The notes under the pieces are model-generated. The model made no database searches. It saw only the letters and a list, made by a program, of their open reading frames with translations, and was not told where the DNA came from. The translations under genes were made by a program, and so were the position numbers. Below, piece after piece: positions 17,031-22,488 of a DNA stretch of 22,488 nucleotides; the stretch's first letter is position 1, and every line of letters begins with the position of its first letter. Source of the DNA: Silvanigrellaceae bacterium (GTDB taxonomy: Bacteria; Bdellovibrionota_B; Oligoflexia; Silvanigrellales; Silvanigrellaceae); NCBI GenBank assembly GCA_049423385.1, contig JBMSQQ010000059.1:1-22488 (forward strand). The letters are read 5' to 3'.

Positions 17031-17825
17031 TCAGGCCGCCTTTCCTCCTCCACCAACTCCAAGCACATCCACCCGTTGTTCTTCCTTCAGGTACGAATTC
17101 AACTTTTCCTGAACGAAAAGTGGTGCTTCTTTGTTGGCCAGCATCAACACGCCCTGAAGAATGATTTCACGCTCCTTGAGTTCCGCCTTGTCCCTGTGTT
17201 CCGAGTTTTCACCCAGGGGCATGATGATAAAGTTCGCAGCCAACAAGCCAATGAGTGTTCCCACCAGTCCCACCGCCATTGATGGCCCGAGGTCACCCGC
17301 TTTGAGTTCGCCACCCAGGCGTTGCATCACCGCAATCAGCGACACCACACAGGCAATGATTCCGAAAGCGGGCGGATATTTTGCCAGCGCTTTCAATCCA
17401 TGCGTTTTTTTGCCGAGATATTGTTTGTGACTTTCAATACGGTCGGTCAGAATCGAATCGATTTGTTCGGGCTTGAAGCGGTCGAGGATCAAACCCACAC
17501 CTTCCTTGAAAAAAGCTTGCTGGATTGTTCCCAATTGTTGCTCAAGAAGTCGTGGGTCACCATTTGTGACCTTGGCAACCGTGACGATCTCGGTGACGAT
17601 CTCCTGTTTGCGATCGACACGGCGTTTGAAGCCTTCAAGCATTGCCTTGAAGATGCGTTTGACTTCGTCGAACGTGTTGGCCATGAATGCCATGGCAACC
17701 GTGCATCCGACAATCAGCAAAAATCCAGGGATGTCGTTGAAGACCTTGAGGTCCTTCACCGAGTGCTGGATGATATAGAAAGCAAACACCCACGCCAGAA
17801 TAAAACCAATGATGGTTGAACTCAT
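17031..17825 (-). CDS. motA: MotA-family stator subunit
   Basis: Four-TM pattern; PGFLLIVGCT, FFKEGVGLILD, YPPAFGII, LGPSMAVGLVGTLIGLLAAN.IIMP, EIILQGVL...EAP...EKLNSYL; AAGGAGG RBS. Confidence 0.93.
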   Translation of the reverse strand: MSSTIIGFILAWVFAFYIIQHSVKDLKVFNDIPGFLLIVGCTVAMAFMANTFDEVKRIFKAMLEGFKRRVDRKQEIVTEIVTVAKVTNGDPRLLEQQLGTIQQAFFKEGVGLILDRFKPEQIDSILTDRIESHKQYLGKKTHGLKALAKYPPAFGIIACVVSLIAVMQRLGGELKAGDLGPSMAVGLVGTLIGLLAANFIIMPLGENSEHRDKAELKEREIILQGVLMLANKEAPLFVQEKLNSYLKEEQRVDVLGVGGGGKAA

Positions 17826-17867
17826 TGCCGGGCCTCCTTATGCGTCGTGGTTTGCACCCCGATCATG

Positions 17868-20138
17868 TCATGACGCCTCTGCATCTTCGCCATCACCTCC
17901 ATCGCCTGCCAGCTCAATAAGACCTTGCTCGCGCATGTCCTTGACCTGCCGGATGAGCGACGCCTGAATCTTTTGACCTTCGAACTCCGCTCTTTTGCGG
18001 GCCATCTTGGAGCGCTCGAATTTTTCCAGTTCCTGGCGGATGGCAGCCTGGATCTTGGCCGAAGTGAAGAACTCGTTGATGCGATCATTGAGTTCTTCAG
18101 GCAGCGAAACCAGAAGTGTTGCAACGTCCACCGGTTCGAGTTCTGCCAGCAGCTCCGCAAGGGTTTCGTCGTCGAGGCGAAGAACTTCTTCAATCGTCAC
18201 GACACGGGAACCCACCTGTTGCGAGAGTTGCTTGTCGGCGCGCAATACCTTGCTCACAGCGGTGCGGAATTCCGGACTTGGTGCATCGAGCATGAGCATC
18301 AGGTGGTTGGTCACGTCGAACCTGGAATCGCCCCCACTGTCGCTGTTGATTCTGCCCTTCACATCATCGAGTGCCGCTTTCGCGTCGTCTTCACTCATTT
18401 CGGTTGCTTCACGCATGGCCTCGAGCAATTCCATGCTGTCGTGATTGCGCACTCCGGGAATGATTCGAGCGCAGCGCTCGGGAGTCAGAAGCACCATCAG
18501 ACGAGCTGCCTCGGCTGTTCCGGAGTCAGACAAAGCCGCGCTCAGGTCGAGGTCGGTGGCCTTGATCAGGAAGCTCATATCGAGATTGACAAAGTAGCTT
18601 GGCTTGCGGCTGATTTCCCGGCCTGCCAATCGATAGAGCTGAAGAACAACCTTGTAAGCCTGGGCCTTTGCCAACGGCTCATACAATGCATTGCCAAGCG
18701 CCTCAATTTCCTCTTTCGGAAAAACCTTGAAAATTTCACGAGAGGCGTTGGGACCCACAGCCTCGGCAAAGCCCGCAAATTTGGTTCTTTCTCGCTTGTC
18801 TGCAAGCCAGTCCTTCAGAACGCTGAGCATCGGATATCGACTTTGGTTCATCTCGGCGATCAGGCTTTGCGCTTCCTTCTCAAGAGCGATCAGTTCCTCT
18901 GATGTTGAGTCACCGGATGATTGCATCCCCTGTTGTTGAAGAGCGCCTGCCCCACCCGCTGAAACGTTGATGGCATCGCCTTGCTGCTTGCCTTGCACTT
19001 TGGCGGCCTGGACAATCGACTCACCGATTTTCGCGACGGCAGTCGAGACCTGCATCATGGTTGCGCTCATGTCGGTGCTTGCCGATTTCACTCGCGATGT
19101 CTGGATAAGAACGATGACAAGGATTCCAACCAGGCCCAAAAGAACGGCCGGCACCACTGTCAGTGGCAACTCCAAACCGGCGATCAATTTCTTGAACTTG
19201 CCAACCGGAGACTTGGAGTCCTCCGTGAGGTCCTTGTTCTTTTGGTTCAGGTCGGCAATCTGTTTCTTGAGGTCATCGATTTCAGTCGAAAGCTTTCGGC
19301 GTTCTTCCTCCGCTTTGTTGGTTTTGTCTTGTTCCTCGCGCTGCTTGAGTTTGGCATCATCGGTTGCCTTGAGAGCTTCACGAAGCTGTGTTTGTGCGTC
19401 CTGTTCCTTGCGCTTGGCCTCGTTCACTTCGCGTTGCGCATCGCTTTCGCGTCGACGAATGGCTTCTATTTCGCGTTGCAGGCTGTCGATTTGGGATTTG
19501 TACTGAAGACTTTCCTTCTCTGCTTTTTCGACTTTCGACTTGGAGCGCCCGGCCGTAAGGTCCTTTTGATTGACGCCAAGTTTGTCTCCACGCTTCGCAT
19601 TCAAGCGAAGATAGGCAAAAAGTGTATTCTTGAGGTCGGCAACCGAATCCTTGGGATATGTCTGGTCGAGGGTGACCACAACCGAAACGCGCTGCGCGTT
19701 GGCAAGAATCTCCAAAGGTGTGAGCGCATTCAAAAGACTGATGAGCGCGTCGTCATTACTGATGCCTTTCGCAAGTGCACCGCGAGACAATTTCGACACG
19801 TTCCCACCCGCAGACTGGCGCAGCGTATTGAGTTTTGAGACCGGGAATTCAACCTTCACGGTCGTCAGGAAAGGTGGATCCGTGACTGCCTCGAGCCGCT
19901 TTGTGAGTCGCTCTTCCAAATACGCTTCAGCTTCTGCCACCTTCGCATCAAGGGTCTGGCTGAGTGTCGCGCGACCACTCGTTTGTGCCTGGGCCGATGG
20001 AACGAGTCCAAGAAAAATATTCAGGGCAATGGCAAACAAAATCACGAATGCAGCCAAACCAGCCGACCTTTGCGAAATCTTGCCGTTTGCAAGCACTTTC
20101 GCTGCTGAATTTGATTCACCTTGTGGCAGCTGTTTCAT
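17868..20138 (-). CDS. FliF-FliG fusion rotor protein (signal peptide, RBM3-like domain, coiled coil, TM, FliF C-terminus, FliG N/M/C)
   Basis: AQA|Q signal peptide; EAYLEERLTKRLE, RVSVVVTLD, LRLNAKRGDKLGV (FliF RBM3-like); TM LTVVPAVLLGLVGILVIVLI; PMLSVLKDWL (FliF-C); AVGPNASREIFKVFPKEEIEAL (FliG-N); VVTIEEVLRLDDETLAELL...QASLIRQVKDMREQGLIEL (FliG-C); start set at ATG 20138. Confidence 0.8.
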   Translation of the reverse strand: MKQLPQGESNSAAKVLANGKISQRSAGLAAFVILFAIALNIFLGLVPSAQAQTSGRATLSQTLDAKVAEAEAYLEERLTKRLEAVTDPPFLTTVKVEFPVSKLNTLRQSAGGNVSKLSRGALAKGISNDDALISLLNALTPLEILANAQRVSVVVTLDQTYPKDSVADLKNTLFAYLRLNAKRGDKLGVNQKDLTAGRSKSKVEKAEKESLQYKSQIDSLQREIEAIRRRESDAQREVNEAKRKEQDAQTQLREALKATDDAKLKQREEQDKTNKAEEERRKLSTEIDDLKKQIADLNQKNKDLTEDSKSPVGKFKKLIAGLELPLTVVPAVLLGLVGILVIVLIQTSRVKSASTDMSATMMQVSTAVAKIGESIVQAAKVQGKQQGDAINVSAGGAGALQQQGMQSSGDSTSEELIALEKEAQSLIAEMNQSRYPMLSVLKDWLADKRERTKFAGFAEAVGPNASREIFKVFPKEEIEALGNALYEPLAKAQAYKVVLQLYRLAGREISRKPSYFVNLDMSFLIKATDLDLSAALSDSGTAEAARLMVLLTPERCARIIPGVRNHDSMELLEAMREATEMSEDDAKAALDDVKGRINSDSGGDSRFDVTNHLMLMLDAPSPEFRTAVSKVLRADKQLSQQVGSRVVTIEEVLRLDDETLAELLAELEPVDVATLLVSLPEELNDRINEFFTSAKIQAAIRQELEKFERSKMARKRAEFEGQKIQASLIRQVKDMREQGLIELAGDGGDGEDAEAS

Positions 20139-20161
20139 GTTGCCCACCCATATCGTCAGGC

Positions 20162-20182
20162 GCAGACGGCACGCCATCTGCT
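20162..20182. promoter_or_regulatory. palindromic element giving sigma54-like -24/-12 boxes on both strands
   Basis: Plus strand CGGCACG-CCAT-CTGCT; minus strand TGGCGTG-CCGT-CTGCG; both have GG-N10-GC; lies in the divergent intergenic region. Confidence 0.4.
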
Positions 20183-20228
20183 TCACCAATCGTCTTCATC
20201 GGAAATTTGGAAAAAGTGTTCACTCCCC

Positions 20229-20249
20229 CGGATGCAAAAAGTGCATCCG
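20229..20249. repeat. perfect 8-bp inverted repeat (operator or hairpin candidate)
   Basis: CGGATGCA-AAAAG-TGCATCCG; function unknown. Confidence 0.5.
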
Positions 20250-20374
20250 ATCCACCATGTCTGACGAACTCTTCCCGTTCGCCCTTGGCCCTCCTTCAAT
20301 CCCACAGGCATAATTGGGTTGCGTGAATGTTTTTGAAATTCAGGATTCGAGTTGAAGAGGTCGTTGCGTTATTT

Positions 20375-20992
20375 ATGGGTGTCTCAAAAATCATCGTACC
20401 GGCTGTGTTTTTCCTTCTTGTGGGTTGTGCGAGTGTGAGCATCACAACAAAACCACCTGCTGCCGACGTCATCCTGGCCGTACCAGGCCAAGAGACAGGA
20501 AAGCTTCTTGGCAAAACACCACTCCAACAGAATCTTTCTGAAATCACCAAACTCTCGAACCGAAGCACGATTGTTGTGACTCTGAAAAAATCGGGATATC
20601 GCAGCCAGAATTTTGTGATTCCGAATCTGGGTGGTGGAAAACTCGAAATCGAAGCCAATCTCTTGCCCATCGGCTCCGACGATTCTGCAGACATCAACAT
20701 TGCCGTGCGTTACCTTCTTGAAGCGGAAAAATACATTATCGAGAAGAACTTCAAGGAAGCGCTGAAGGCATTGGAGAAGTCTCGAGCGTCGAATCCAAAC
20801 ATCGCAGCGGCATACACTTTTGAAGGCACCATCTACATGTTGCAGAACCAGGTCGAAAAAGCCCGTGAAGCCTTCTACAAGGCACTTGCGCTTGATCCAC
20901 AGGACGCGGAAGTGCGAGCTTTGTTGGCCGAGACCGGTGGCAACAGCAATTCGGCTCCTGCGGGCAAAGGCAAGGGAAGAGGCAAAAGATGA
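20375..20992 (+). CDS. lipoprotein with PEGA-like domain and C-terminal TPRs
   Basis: Lipobox LVGC; SITTKPPAADV...LGKTPL...LKKSGY (PEGA-like); AAAYTFEGTIYMLQNQVEKAREAFYKALALDPQD (TPR); start set at ATG 20375 to give a normal signal peptide. Confidence 0.82.
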   Translation: MGVSKIIVPAVFFLLVGCASVSITTKPPAADVILAVPGQETGKLLGKTPLQQNLSEITKLSNRSTIVVTLKKSGYRSQNFVIPNLGGGKLEIEANLLPIGSDDSADINIAVRYLLEAEKYIIEKNFKEALKALEKSRASNPNIAAAYTFEGTIYMLQNQVEKAREAFYKALALDPQDAEVRALLAETGGNSNSAPAGKGKGRGKR

Positions 20993-21579
20993 GGTTTTCC
21001 TGTTTCCTGCTGGCGATGCCTTTTTGCTGGACGGCCGCGGCCAAAGCCGAAGTCGTGTCCGCAGTCTCTGCCTCCAGCGGACTGATTCTGGCCAACATTT
21101 CCGGTTACCGGGTGGGCCAGGACAGCATCTCCAAGAATTTTGATGCAAAGTGGTTGTCGTTTCGATCGCGAATCCTGGCTGCCGTGGGAGAATTCCAGGT
21201 TGGCTTGTCTTCAAAATTCAAGGCGACCCAACTCATGGAAACCCGGACGGGAATTCAATATTACCCATTTTCGTATGGCGCCGATTTCGAGGATTTTCAT
21301 GAATCCACCATCATGCGTTACTCGTCGTCCCTCAAACCCTACCTGGCAGCCAAGGTGGGCTATGGACGATATCTCATCTCGATTGTCGACGACCTGGGGT
21401 CTGCCGAGGTCAGCTCGAACTATTTTTCAGTGGGAGGTGCCTTCGGCACCGTATACCAGTTCTCCCAGAGCGCCGGCCTGGACCTCAACGTTGATGCCTC
21501 CATGGCCCTGGGCACCAGCGAGGTCGCCTTCACGGGTATCATCCTAAGACCCCGTTTTGGCTTGCTTCTGTATCTCTGA
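20989..21579 (+). CDS. small outer-membrane beta-barrel protein (about 8 strands)
   Basis: AKA|E signal peptide; amphipathic strands TRTGIQYYPF, KPYLAAKVGYG, SVGGAFGTVYQF; terminal strand RPRFGLLLYL; ATGA overlap with TPR gene. Confidence 0.75.
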   Translation: MRFSCFLLAMPFCWTAAAKAEVVSAVSASSGLILANISGYRVGQDSISKNFDAKWLSFRSRILAAVGEFQVGLSSKFKATQLMETRTGIQYYPFSYGADFEDFHESTIMRYSSSLKPYLAAKVGYGRYLISIVDDLGSAEVSSNYFSVGGAFGTVYQFSQSAGLDLNVDASMALGTSEVAFTGIILRPRFGLLLYL

Positions 21580-21663
21580 CATTGGTTTCAATTCTGCCCT
21601 CAAGTTTCAAGGTCAATTGGACGAACTCACCATTGGAATCCCTTGATTCCATGGGAGAACAAC

Positions 21664-22488
21664 TTGTTGTCGAGAGATCTTCGAAAAGATTGGAGAAATC
21701 TCATTGCCGTGACATTTGTGACGGCAGCCGCGGCATTTGCGTTGTTGGCGTCCTGCTCTGGCGGCGTCAAACAAGGCGGAAGTCTGGGCTGGACGGTCGA
21801 CATTGTTGCTGGTGCAAAACAAATCGCATTGCCCAAACGCCCGTTTGCCAACCCGATTGAGATTTTTGTGAAGGACCCTTCCGGGGCACCCGTGATTGAT
21901 GCCTCCGTTGAATTCCGCCTCGTGGACGAGAGTCTGATTGGCAAGGAAAACATCACTCCCGATGTTCTGGCCAAAGCGTGGAACACCGAATCCGCCGCGC
22001 AAACCTCTTCCGATTCTGCCGTTCGCACCGCTGCCATCGCAGCGGCAAAGGCTGCTGGCAAAGACTCAAAGAAGGCAGAGGCGGACATTGAAGAACGAGT
22101 CGGTCGCATCGACCAATTCGAAGCACGAACCGATAGACTTGGACGCGCCAAGGTTTGGGTGATTGCGCCTGTGATGTTCAACCGAACGATAGCGGTGCTT
22201 GCCAAAGCGGGTTCCGACATCTCGCAAAGCTATTCGTATGCGATCCTTGCGACGCCAGACCTCAAGGATGGTTCAAATTTGTTCGTCGACACCACCGGAA
22301 ACAAAAAAGAGGCTGCAGGTGCAGAATTCGACATTACAATTACAATCGTAGACAGCGAAGGTCGCATCGCCTCAAGTTTTGAAGGCCTGAAAAAAATGAA
22401 ACTCGAGGCGGCGCCTTCAACTTCCTGGGCAGGTTTTGCACCTGAATTTCCTACCGGCGAGTTTGATTGCCAGTTTTCGGGCGGCCGC
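21664..22488 (+). CDS. Ig-like (Big-1/invasin-type) domain lipoprotein, probable surface adhesin; runs off the window
   Basis: Translated manually (not in ORF track). TTG 21664 with GGGAG RBS; MLSRDLRKDWRNLIAVTFVTAAAAFALLASC lipobox; IVAGAKQ...PFANPIEIFVKDPSGAPVIDASVEF...TDRLGRAKV; second Ig-like start AGAEFDITITIVDSEGRIASSFEG; no stop to the window end. Confidence 0.78.
   Translation, partial: MLSRDLRKDWRNLIAVTFVTAAAAFALLASCSGGVKQGGSLGWTVDIVAGAKQIALPKRPFANPIEIFVKDPSGAPVIDASVEFRLVDESLIGKENITPDVLAKAWNTESAAQTSSDSAVRTAAIAAAKAAGKDSKKAEADIEERVGRIDQFEARTDRLGRAKVWVIAPVMFNRTIAVLAKAGSDISQSYSYAILATPDLKDGSNLFVDTTGNKKEAAGAEFDITITIVDSEGRIASSFEGLKKMKLEAAPSTSWAGFAPEFPTGEFDCQFSGGR

Noticed and set aside
16037..17825. 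Zorya ZorAB, or TolQR/ExbBD/AglRQS, interpretation of the MotAB pair
   Set aside because: MotA is 264 aa with no long ZorA tail, no ZorC/D/E genes are adjacent, MotB has a plug and OmpA-like domain rather than an ExbD/TolR domain, and a FliG-containing gene is next door.
17868..20138. Ordinary fliG, MgtE-N, or SMC-like coiled-coil annotation
   Set aside because: None of these explains the signal peptide, the RGD-containing RBM3-like block, the TM helix and the FliF-type KDWL helix together.
21582..22382. ORF-track calls 21582-21860, 21613-22002, 21627-22220, 21938-22162, 22155-22382
   Set aside because: Superseded by the open plus-strand frame from 21664 with RBS, lipobox and Ig-like motifs.
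22481..22488. Window ends in GCGGCCGC (NotI site), possible cloning boundary
   Set aside because: It reads in frame as part of ...SGGR and no vector sequence is visible; cannot be distinguished from chance.
1..22488. tRNA, rRNA, CRISPR array, IS or prophage, intrinsic terminators
   Set aside because: Intergenic gaps are short (the largest is about 236 bp). No repeat-spacer arrays, cloverleafs, transposase/integrase motifs or convincing stem-plus-U-tract were seen by eye.

Overview
Gene-dense bacterial window; the gene families suggest Bdellovibrionota/Oligoflexia, but that is inference only. Bases 1-20138 carry 15 minus-strand genes. In transcription order they are: a FliF-FliG fusion protein, motA, motB, a FecR-like membrane protein, a HAMP/PP2C (SpoIIE-type) sensor phosphatase, a Cys-His amidase/SH3b lipoprotein, a large GAF-type protein, a GHL10 (YddW/DigH-like) lipoprotein, a HEXXH aminopeptidase lipoprotein, a HAMP-only membrane protein, pta, leucine dehydrogenase, an EVE protein, thiolase and a Ski2/HelY-like helicase (truncated, absent from the ORF track). 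A divergent plus-strand unit encodes a PEGA/TPR lipoprotein, a small outer-membrane beta-barrel and an Ig-like (Big-1) lipoprotein (truncated, absent from the ORF track). The standout is a candidate stand-alone, non-flagellar rotary motor. Its single-chain rotor has a signal peptide, a FliF RBM3-like ring domain, a ~110-aa coiled coil, one TM helix and a FliF C-terminus fused to a full FliG lacking the FliM-binding EHPQ motif. It has its own MotAB stator and a coupled signalling pair, sits next to OM/adhesin genes, and no other flagellar genes occur in the window. No RNA genes, CRISPR arrays or mobile elements were recognised. All family assignments come from motif recognition by eye, not database searches.
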